From Candidatus Caldarchaeum sp. (GTDB lineage: Archaea > Thermoproteota > Nitrososphaeria_A > Caldarchaeales > Caldarchaeaceae), in assembly GCA_038885755.1 (NCBI GenBank), contig JAVZZH010000002.1, positions 192,505 to 256,504 on the forward strand: DNA of 64,000 nt, given 5' to 3'. A program made the position numbers and the translations under genes. Below are positions 56,450 through 64,000 of this stretch, in pieces (the first letter of the stretch is position 1; the number at the start of each line of letters is the position of its first letter). Under the pieces are notes generated by a model, which worked only from the letters and a program-made list of their open reading frames with translations, was not told where the DNA came from and made no database searches.

Positions 56450-57567
56450 CCCGCAAGCTTCGCCGCTGTCTCCGCAGCCTCCTCCATGCTGTCGTAGGGA
56501 AGTATGTTGTTATCCCGCAGTATCCTCTTCCCCTCCTCCTCGTTGGTGCCCATCATTCTCACGACGATCTTCTTGTCCATGCCTGAAGACCTGTAGGCCG
56601 AGACAACTCCCCTAGCAACCTCGTCGCACCGTGTTATGCCTCCGAGTATGTTGACGAACAGAACCTTAACCCTTGGATGCGTAAGCAGCAGGCGGGAAGC
56701 CTTCTCCACCACATCCTCCGAAGCCCCGCCGCCCACGTCTAGGAAGTTGGCTGGCCTCCCGCCCTTCAGCTTGACCAAGTCCATAGTAGCCATCGTCAAG
56801 CCCGCTCCGTTGCCTATTATCCCGATGTCCCCGTCCAGCTCAACCGCCGTGAAGCCGAGCTTGCGGGCCTCCTCCTCGAGGCCTGACCCCTCCACACGCC
56901 TAGCAAACTCTCTATGCCTGTAGAGCGCGTTTTCGTCGATTATGACCTTCGAGTCGACGGCAAGAAGACGGTTGTCGGGCGTGGCCGCCAAGGGGTTTAT
57001 CTCAGCCAGCTCACAATCCATTTCGACGAAGAGCTTGTAAAGGCTGCGAAGTATCCGCCCAGCTTCTTCGGCCAGCCCTCCGCCCAGCTTCATGAACATC
57101 ACGGCTTTCCTTACCTGGTAGTCTGTAAGGCCTAATAGCGGGTTAACCTCGATCCTGAGCACTTGCTCAGGACTTTTCCTGGCAAGCTCCTCGATCTCAA
57201 CTCCTCCCTCGCCCGAGACGATGACCATCGGCGCTTTTTTGAACCGGTCGACTATTATTCCGAGATAAAGCTCTCTCGCTATCTCTGTGTAGTCGGTGAT
57301 CAGAACCCTGTCCACTCTCTCACCCTTAATCTCAGACCCCAGCATTCTGGAGGCAAGCTCAGCTGCTTGAGAAGGGGTTTCAGCAACCTTGACCCCGCCC
57401 GCCTTACCCCTCCCCGCCACAAGCACCTGCGCCTTGACAACGGTTTTGCCGGGGAAGGCTTCCGCAGCCCTGCGGGCTTGCTCGGCGCTGTCCACCACTT
57501 CAAAGCCCGGAACAGGTATTCCATAGCGTCTGAAGAGCTGCCGTCCTTCAAACTCGTACAGCTTCAC
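56446..57567 (-). CDS. sucC: Succinyl-CoA synthetase beta subunit
   Basis: KLYEFEG, KAQV..GRGKAGG, EINPL, NGAGL.MATMD, ANFLDVGGG. Confidence 0.96.
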   Translation of the reverse strand: MKLYEFEGRQLFRRYGIPVPGFEVVDSAEQARRAAEAFPGKTVVKAQVLVAGRGKAGGVKVAETPSQAAELASRMLGSEIKGERVDRVLITDYTEIARELYLGIIVDRFKKAPMVIVSGEGGVEIEELARKSPEQVLRIEVNPLLGLTDYQVRKAVMFMKLGGGLAEEAGRILRSLYKLFVEMDCELAEINPLAATPDNRLLAVDSKVIIDENALYRHREFARRVEGSGLEEEARKLGFTAVELDGDIGIIGNGAGLTMATMDLVKLKGGRPANFLDVGGGASEDVVEKASRLLLTHPRVKVLFVNILGGITRCDEVARGVVSAYRSSGMDKKIVVRMMGTNEEEGKRILRDNNILPYDSMEEAAETAAKLAG

Positions 57568-57651
57568 AGTTGAAGCCTTTCAAGGCCATAATTTAACTCC
57601 GAGGCGGCAGCTGTTTTTATTCCACCGCGTCGTTGTTGAGCAGGGGTTGGT

Positions 57652-58329
57652 GTGAGGCTCGCGGCTCTGTTCTCTGGAGGGAAGGACTCAACGTACTCAA
57701 TCATGCTGGCTGAGAGGATGGGGCACAGAGTCGAAGTCCTGCTTACTTTCCTGCCCAAGGCTGTGGACAGCTACCTTTTCCACTACCCCAACCTCCACAT
57801 AACCCCGCTCCAAGCCGAAGCCATGGGGAAGAAACAGTTGTTGATACCGGTGGAGGGGCGGAGCGAGGAGGAGACGCTGGACAAGGGGTTGGAGGAGGTT
57901 GCTGGAGGAGTCGAGGGGGTTCTGGCAGGGGCCCTCGAGAGCAGCTATCAGCGAGACCGTATGGCCAAAGCCGCTCAACGGCATGGGCTGGAGATAGTGG
58001 CTCCTCTCTGGGGTGTCGAGCCGGAGTCTCTTCTGCGGAGGATCCTAGCTGAAGGGTTCGAGGTGATGGTTGTGGCTGTGGCTGCCGCTGGGCTTGGCGA
58101 GGAGTGGCTCGGCAAGATCCTCGACGAGAAAGCTGTGGACGAGCTGTCGATTCTGAGGGAGAGGTACGGCGTTCATCCAGCTGGAGAGGGAGGCGAGATG
58201 GAGACGCTGGTTCTGGACTGTCCAATCTTCGGGAAAAGGCTTAGGCTGGGCCGTGTTGAGAAGGTCTGGAAACAACACCACGGCTACCTGGTCGTCCACG
58301 AAGCCAGCCTAGAGCCAAAAACCAGCTGA
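57652..58329 (+). CDS. Diphthine--ammonia ligase (Dph6 / ATP-binding MJ0570 family)
   Basis: SGGKDS, S.YQ..R, PLW, GEGGE.ETLVLDCP.F. Confidence 0.9.
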   Translation: MRLAALFSGGKDSTYSIMLAERMGHRVEVLLTFLPKAVDSYLFHYPNLHITPLQAEAMGKKQLLIPVEGRSEEETLDKGLEEVAGGVEGVLAGALESSYQRDRMAKAAQRHGLEIVAPLWGVEPESLLRRILAEGFEVMVVAVAAAGLGEEWLGKILDEKAVDELSILRERYGVHPAGEGGEMETLVLDCPIFGKRLRLGRVEKVWKQHHGYLVVHEASLEPKTS

Positions 58330-58409
58330 AACAAGTCGCCGCTCAATAACCTTATATAGGGAGAACGAAGCTAGCAGTCACGGGTGGTTGAATCGATTAC
58401 GTTGAAGTC

Positions 58410-59966
58410 TTGGACACCACTCTCCGGGACGGCGCCCAGACCAGAGGAGTGACTTTCACACTCCACGACAAGCTCCGCATAGCTGAACGCCTCGACGAGA
58501 TAGGCGTTGACATCATAGAGGGTGGTTGGCCCGGCTCAAACCCCAAGGACGAGGAGTTCTTCAAAGCCGTTAAGAAGCTCTCCCTTTCCAACAGCAGGGT
58601 CGGAGCCTTCGGAAGCACACGCAGAGTAGGGATAAGGCCTGATCAGGACGACTCTCTCAAAGCCATCCTCGACTCCGACGTCGACGTGGCCATCATCTTC
58701 GGCAAGTCGTGGACGCTACACGTCAACGAGGTTCTCCGCTGCAGCCTCGAGGAAAACCTGAACATGGTCGTGGACACGGTTGAATATCTCCGGGAGCATG
58801 GGATGGATGTTGTCTTCGACGCCGAGCATTTCTTCGACGGCTACAACGAATCGCCGGAGTATGCTCTCGAGGTCTTGAAGCATGCGGCTGAGGCTGGTGC
58901 TTCTAGGATCGTGCTCTGCGACACGAACGGGGGGACGCTGCCTCACAGGCTGTCGGAGGTTGTTAGGGTGGTTAGGCAAAGGATTGCAGGTCTACTGGGG
59001 ATTCACGCGCACAACGACTGCGGGCTGGCTGTGGCCAACAGCTTGGCCGCCGTAGTTGAGGGGGTTAGGCATGTTCAGGGAACCATGATAGGCTTGGGCG
59101 AGAGATGCGGCAACGCCGACCTCACCCAGATAATCCCAAACCTAGCTTTGAAGATGGGCTTCAAGGTCTTGAAGTCGGAGAACGGGTTGAAGAAGCTGAA
59201 GGACATGGCTTACTACGTCGCCGAGGTGGCTGGAATACCTCTCAGCCCCGGATACCCCTTCTTCGGAGCCAACGCCTTCGCCCACAAAGGAGGAGTCCAT
59301 ATCGACGCCATAATCAAGAACCCGCGAACCTACGAGCACGTCAACCCCGAGCTGCTGGGCATGGAAAGGTCTCTATCGGTTTCGGAGCTTGCTGGAAGGT
59401 CTGCTCTCGTGAACCACGCCGCCAAGCTCGGGTTGACGCTCTCGAAGCAGCAGGCGTCAAAGATCTTGGAAGAAGTCAAGAGGCTGGAGGCTCAGGGCTA
59501 TCATTTCGAGCCGGCTGACGCAACCCTCTCGCTGCTCATTCTCAGAAATGTCGGGGTCAACGTCGAACGGCTGCGTGTGAGAACATGGTGGGTTGAGGTT
59601 CTTGAGGCAGGGCAGCTGACCTCTCGAGCGGTTGTCTCGATGGACATCGACGGCGAAGCGGTGTCAACCACGGCTGAAGGCGTAGGTCCAGTTCACGCCC
59701 TCGACGCCGCTATCAGGACAGCAGTCCTCAAGAAGTATCCAAGCCTCGAAGCGACGCAGCTGACCAATTACAAGGTATCTGTCATAGACGCCCGGGACGC
59801 AACAGCGGCCTCCGTCCGCGTGTTCATCGAGTTCGCCGACAACGGCCACAGATGGTCTACGACAGGAGTCTCACGGAACATAGTGGAGGCCAGCCTGAAA
59901 GCCATCATAGACGGCTACTCCTACAAGCTTCTCGTGATAGACGAGGGAAGGCTTACTTCACGTTGA
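58410..59966 (+). CDS. cimA: Citramalate synthase (CimA, bacterial-type LeuA paralog)
   Basis: DTTLRDG, EGGWPGSNPKD, FGKSW..HV, DAEHFFDGY, HAHND, GERCGNA, FAHKGGVH. Start uncertain. Confidence 0.88.
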   Translation: MDTTLRDGAQTRGVTFTLHDKLRIAERLDEIGVDIIEGGWPGSNPKDEEFFKAVKKLSLSNSRVGAFGSTRRVGIRPDQDDSLKAILDSDVDVAIIFGKSWTLHVNEVLRCSLEENLNMVVDTVEYLREHGMDVVFDAEHFFDGYNESPEYALEVLKHAAEAGASRIVLCDTNGGTLPHRLSEVVRVVRQRIAGLLGIHAHNDCGLAVANSLAAVVEGVRHVQGTMIGLGERCGNADLTQIIPNLALKMGFKVLKSENGLKKLKDMAYYVAEVAGIPLSPGYPFFGANAFAHKGGVHIDAIIKNPRTYEHVNPELLGMERSLSVSELAGRSALVNHAAKLGLTLSKQQASKILEEVKRLEAQGYHFEPADATLSLLILRNVGVNVERLRVRTWWVEVLEAGQLTSRAVVSMDIDGEAVSTTAEGVGPVHALDAAIRTAVLKKYPSLEATQLTNYKVSVIDARDATAASVRVFIEFADNGHRWSTTGVSRNIVEASLKAIIDGYSYKLLVIDEGRLTSR

Positions 59967-60345
59967 CGAGCAGGTATCTGTTCATTATGCTCCAGTACTC
60001 CACAGCGACTCCGGGCTCGATCTTCGCCCTCAACGCCTCATCCTTAGGCATCGGAACCTCGACGATCTGCAGGCTCTCGTTGTCCATCACCGAGACCGAG
60101 TCAGAGCCCACCGCAACAACCTGACCACTCCGCTTGTCCACTATCGGGACCTCGACACGATTGTCCGCGGGCCCCACCATGCTTCTCTTCACCTCGTCGA
60201 AGATTCCTATAGCGACAAGCCTCACCTTAGCCGAGCCATGCTTACCCGGCTTGCTCTTCTCAACCTCCACGATCCTGCAAGGCTCTCCGTCAATCACTAT
60301 GTTGTGGCCCTCCTTCAAAGAACCCAAGTCAACAGGCTTGCTCAA
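59953..60345 (-). CDS. eif5a: Translation factor aIF-5A
   Basis: Hypusine motif SKPGKHGSAK. Confidence 0.97.
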   Translation of the reverse strand: MSKPVDLGSLKEGHNIVIDGEPCRIVEVEKSKPGKHGSAKVRLVAIGIFDEVKRSMVGPADNRVEVPIVDKRSGQVVAVGSDSVSVMDNESLQIVEVPMPKDEALRAKIEPGVAVEYWSIMNRYLLVNVK

Positions 60346-60485
60346 GCCATTCTCAAGCCGTAAAGCCTGCTTTTAAACTGATTCTACGCAGCAGCTTCCT
60401 CAACAACCACCTCGGCGTAAATCATCAAAACACGTCTACTCCCCCGGGCTGACAAACATTAATACATGAACCCCTCCGTCTAGCC

Positions 60486-61661
60486 ATGCAAAAGCCGGCC
60501 ATCAGGGGCGGAGAGCCTGTGAGGAAGAAGCCTTTCCCAAGCTGGCCATTCTCCGGCGACGACGAGGTTAGGGAGGTTTTGGAGGTTTTGCGGGAGGGGC
60601 CTTGGTCTGCCGGCTCTCCGAAGATTAAGCTGTTCGAGGAGGAGTTCGCCTCTTTCCATCACGCAAAGTACGGCGTCGCCTGCGCAAGCGGCTCGACGGC
60701 TCTCTTCGTATCGCTCAAGGCTCTGGGCATAGGCTTTGGGGACGAGGTCATAGTTCCCTCCTACACATTCCTAGCCACGGCGACAGCTGTCATAGATGCT
60801 GGAGCCACGCCCGTCATCGTGGACGTCGACCCAGATACGTATAACATCTCGCCCGAAGCCGTGGGAAGAGCGATAACCAGCAAGACTAGATGCGTTATCC
60901 CCGTTCATCTAGCCGGCTGCCCAGCCGACATGGATGGGGTGATGGAGCATGCTAGGGCCCACGGGTTGAGGGTGTTGGAGGACGCGGCGCAGGCGCATGG
61001 AGCTGAGTGGGGTGGCCGGCGTGTCGGCTCGATAGGAGACCTAGGTGCTTTCAGCTTCTACCAGAGCAAGAACATGACCGCGGGCGAGGGAGGCATCATA
61101 ACGAGCAACGACGAGGAGCTTGCTCTACTGGCCCGCTCGCTCGTCAACGTTGGCCGGGACGTGAGGAAGGGATGGTATGAGCACGTCCGGTATGGCTGGA
61201 ACTTCAGGATGACCGCCCTCCAAGCAGCCGTGCTGAGGGCGCAGCTGCGAAAACTCCCCGAGCTCAACAGGAGAAGAATGGAATCCGCAGCCTACCTCGA
61301 CAAACACTTGTCCGAGATAGACGGCGTAAGACCTCTATCAAGGCCTTCCAAGGCAACCGCCCACAGCTACCATCTATACATAACACGCGTCGACGTCAAG
61401 AGGTTCGGGTTCAGCACGAAGGAGGAGTTTGTAAAGGCTTTGAACGCTGAGGGGATTCCATGCAACGCAGGCTACAGAACCCTCCAGTCGTACCCGTTCA
61501 TAGCTGAAAAATCACGCATACCCGCCTCGACGCCTCACGCTGATAAGGCCAGCCGGGAGGAGGCAGTGTGGATACCGCAGTACGTCCTGCTGGGCAGCAG
61601 AGAAGACTTGGAAGACGTCGTCGAAGCCTTCGAGAAGCTGAGGATGGGCAGCGCTGGCTAA
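60486..61661 (+). CDS. DegT/DnrJ/EryC1/StrS PLP aminotransferase
   Basis: GDEVIVP.YTF.AT, EDAAQAHG, FSFYQSKNMTAGEGG, GWNFRM. Confidence 0.92.
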   Translation: MQKPAIRGGEPVRKKPFPSWPFSGDDEVREVLEVLREGPWSAGSPKIKLFEEEFASFHHAKYGVACASGSTALFVSLKALGIGFGDEVIVPSYTFLATATAVIDAGATPVIVDVDPDTYNISPEAVGRAITSKTRCVIPVHLAGCPADMDGVMEHARAHGLRVLEDAAQAHGAEWGGRRVGSIGDLGAFSFYQSKNMTAGEGGIITSNDEELALLARSLVNVGRDVRKGWYEHVRYGWNFRMTALQAAVLRAQLRKLPELNRRRMESAAYLDKHLSEIDGVRPLSRPSKATAHSYHLYITRVDVKRFGFSTKEEFVKALNAEGIPCNAGYRTLQSYPFIAEKSRIPASTPHADKASREEAVWIPQYVLLGSREDLEDVVEAFEKLRMGSAG

Positions 61662-62227
61662 ATCTCCCACTTCCACGCTATCCTCTTCTCTAAACGTGCC
61701 GTACTCCTAGATATCACCGCCGGGTCAACGCACCTGTTCTCGTGAATTACCTCAGAAACCTCAATCGACTTCACCACTCCCCCAAGCTCCTCCAGCTCAC
61801 GCTTGATGACGGGCAGGAGGCTTGAGACCTCCTCAACAGTCTTAGGAATCTTTACGCGGTTTCTCTCAACCGAGGTGAACAACCCATAGCATTTAACCCC
61901 GTTCTCGGACAGCATCTGAACAACTTCACCAGCTCCATGGCTTTTCAACACTTTCTCAACCTCCGGAAAACCAAGCCCCTCAACAGCGACGTCGAGTCGG
62001 GGTGTTTTCTCGAGAACTATGAAGAACCCGAGGTATATCTGCAGCGCTCCCTCGAACTCGGGGTTCATCCGGCTCATCCCCACGATGGTGTATTCCTGCC
62101 CCTCGCGGATGAGAAACCTCTGAGAAAGCTCGGGGGGTATGGTTGCTATGAGGCTGTTGCCGCTCCGCCTTATCACCCCCCTGAAACTAACCATGTCCTC
62201 AACCCACGACAAGACAGACCCAGCCAT
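61658..62227 (-). CDS. Protein with N-terminal AbrB/MazE-like DNA-binding domain
   Basis: IRRSGNSLIATIPPEL...LIREGQE. Confidence 0.65.
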   Translation of the reverse strand: MAGSVLSWVEDMVSFRGVIRRSGNSLIATIPPELSQRFLIREGQEYTIVGMSRMNPEFEGALQIYLGFFIVLEKTPRLDVAVEGLGFPEVEKVLKSHGAGEVVQMLSENGVKCYGLFTSVERNRVKIPKTVEEVSSLLPVIKRELEELGGVVKSIEVSEVIHENRCVDPAVISRSTARLEKRIAWKWEI

Positions 62228-62328
62228 GGATAAACATCAACGCCTATAATACTTTTTAGAAAGACCTTCGTGAGCAGTCGAGCCGTCTCCAGAGGTCTAA
62301 CTTAATATACTCTCTCTGAGTTTTCTCC

Positions 62329-63270
62329 ATGGATTCTGCGGGGCTGTTGGGGTTGATAGACTTGGATGAGTTCTCGGGCCAGCCTCCGAAAATGTCCGAC
62401 GAGGAGCTTCTGTGGCTGGTGAGACACAAGGTCAGGCGGTCTATCGTGCTCGCTGTTGGTGAGCACGGCAGGATTGGAGCCACTGCTTTGAAGCAGAAGC
62501 TTGGCATAAGCACGGGCTCGCTGTACTACAACCTGAGGCAGATGAGCCAGCTTATAACGCAGGACGAGAAGAAGACTTACCGTCTCACCGAAGACGGTCT
62601 CAGGATATACAAAGCCTTGACAGCTCAGGCCGACGCAGGCCAGAACATCCCGAAGCCTTCAAGAACCTCCGAACTCCTTTCTTCGTTGTTTTTCCCCATG
62701 TGGCTTTTCTCACCCATCTACGAGAGCAGGGTTGTCGCCTCCGTCCTAGGCCCGCTCTCGCTGTTCGTCATCGTGTTCGTATTATTAGCAGGCAGGCACG
62801 AGCTCTTCCTGCTCAACGTCTACCCATCCTCACCCCTCAACAACCCGCTCTTCGTAGTCAAGCTAGGAGCAACATACCTCACGGGCTACGTGGTGCTCTC
62901 GTCCCTAGGCTACTTATTCTCCGGAAAATTCAGGTCCGCATCCTCCGCCATCAAGAGCCTGAAAAACACCAGCCCCAGAGAGGTTCTAACCGAGTCTGGA
63001 AAACTATTGTCTGCGTTCTCGGTCGCTCTGCTCCCCACAGGGCTTGTCCCGGGGCTGGCGGTCGTCGACAGAGTTGCTCAGACATCCATCCTCAGCAACA
63101 TACTGGTGAGAGACAGCTTGGTCGTGTTTTCGCAAACCCTTTCAATATTCCTGATAAGCGCCGCAGTCGCGTATGCTAAAAAAATGAGATGGCAGTCCTC
63201 TTTAGGCGTCGGGCTGGCTTTCTTCTACCTCTCACACTTGATTAACTACGTCACGATGCCCCAAGGATGA
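62329..63270 (+). CDS. ArsR-type winged-helix domain fused to multi-TM membrane domain
   Basis: HKVRRSIV...LGISTGSLYYNL...YRLTEDG, then ~5 TMs. Confidence 0.75.
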   Translation: MDSAGLLGLIDLDEFSGQPPKMSDEELLWLVRHKVRRSIVLAVGEHGRIGATALKQKLGISTGSLYYNLRQMSQLITQDEKKTYRLTEDGLRIYKALTAQADAGQNIPKPSRTSELLSSLFFPMWLFSPIYESRVVASVLGPLSLFVIVFVLLAGRHELFLLNVYPSSPLNNPLFVVKLGATYLTGYVVLSSLGYLFSGKFRSASSAIKSLKNTSPREVLTESGKLLSAFSVALLPTGLVPGLAVVDRVAQTSILSNILVRDSLVVFSQTLSIFLISAAVAYAKKMRWQSSLGVGLAFFYLSHLINYVTMPQG

Positions 63271-63592
63271 AGAACGCTACGACGATGCCGTATATCGCGA
63301 GAGCCTCGGCGAAAGCTGATATGATGATGGCGGTAGTCCTTATCTCAGGCCTTTCAGCGGCCGCGGCTAGACCCGCTGAGCCAGCCCTAGCTATTCCAAA
63401 CCCTGACGACGCAACGGCTACGGCGAAAGCTATGGCTGCGGCGAAGGTTTTTGAGCCTAGGTCCGTTAGCCCTGCTCCTGCTTCAACTGCGGAGACGGGG
63501 CTGATGGCTGCGATGATGCCGAGAAGGGCCAGCGATGATATGGAGAGGACTTGCTTCATCATGTTTTCTTCGTTTTGCGGTGTTAGGTCCAT
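63251..63592 (-). CDS. atpK: A/V-type ATP synthase proteolipid subunit K (c)
   Basis: AAAAERPE...AFAEALAIYG single hairpin with N-terminal signal-like extension. Start 63592 or 63562. Confidence 0.9.
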   Translation of the reverse strand: MDLTPQNEENMMKQVLSISSLALLGIIAAISPVSAVEAGAGLTDLGSKTFAAAIAFAVAVASSGFGIARAGSAGLAAAAERPEIRTTAIIISAFAEALAIYGIVVAFFILGAS

Positions 63593-63694
63593 TATTTAAA
63601 GACGAATTTTTAAGCCCCGCGTCGGCCGGCTTTCTCTCGAGGGTTGTGAGTAAGGATATAGATTTATTAGAAGTACTGTCTCTCAGCCTTCAAG

Positions 63695-64000
63695 ATGGCC
63701 TTAACTCATGAAATCTTGTTCGCCTCCTCCTTAGCGGCTCCTTTCCTCGCTTCAGCGGTCTCGCCCCTGGCGGGGAGGGTTAGGGAGAGAGCCGCTGCTT
63801 TTTCGGGGGTGTTGGCGGCCGTCGTCTCCTTCATCTTGGTCAATTATTTCTGGCTGGTTCACGGCGAGACTGTTTTGGTCGTTGATTGGATTCCGTCGGC
63901 TGGTGTTCGGTTCATTCTTCTTCTCGATGCACTCGCATACCTGTTCGCTGTTTTGATAACTGGCATCGGTGCTGTGATTCTGCTCTACTCGCATTATTAC
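63695..64000 (+). CDS. MrpA/NuoL-like antiporter subunit (3' end off window)
   Basis: Not in the ORF track: MALTHEILF...DWIPSAGVRFILLLDALAYLFAVLITGIGAVILLYSHY matches the MrpA N-terminus pattern (WIP..G......D.L...F..LI.GIG..V..YS). Confidence 0.75.
   Translation, partial: MALTHEILFASSLAAPFLASAVSPLAGRVRERAAAFSGVLAAVVSFILVNYFWLVHGETVLVVDWIPSAGVRFILLLDALAYLFAVLITGIGAVILLYSHYY

Noticed and set aside
1-64000. CRISPR array, rRNA, integrase or transposase
   Set aside because: No regularly spaced repeats, rRNA-like tract or recombinase/transposase motifs were recognised by eye.

Overview
Archaeal genomic window. Archaeal informational genes (aCPSF1, Lsm, L37e, eIF5A, psmB, Cdc6, Dph6) together with the overall gene set suggest a Caldiarchaeum-like (Aigarchaeota/Caldarchaeales) thermophile; this assignment is inference. 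Positions 1-15 kb and 37-64 kb are mostly housekeeping: a peptide ABC transporter with surface proteins, nfo, signal peptidase, tRNA-Leu(UAA) with two introns, rpl37e/lsm/aCPSF1/psmB, coxIII, moeB-rhodanese, nadE, a probable oriC (two inverted ORBs) before cdc6, nfi, mdh/sucCD, cimA, eIF5A and atpK. Positions ~15-37 kb form an accessory, partly decaying region. It holds a bacterial-type 3-ketosteroid dehydrogenase, a DUF4256 gene, and a LAGLIDADG pseudogene cut by a ~103-bp MITE (a second partial copy lies at 35.8 kb). It also holds an AT-rich module: a helical orphan, an internally duplicated Mrr-like nuclease and a stand-alone proteasome-beta-like Thr protease. Next come a ~1500-aa Ig/CARDB surface protein with DNA-level traces of domain shuffling and a toxin-like hydrophobic insert, a Hjc + SWIM-Hef + PCNA-like cassette, a Liv ABC operon and many gene remnants. 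No CRISPR array, rRNA, integrase or transposase was seen. All calls come from motif recognition by eye, not database searches.
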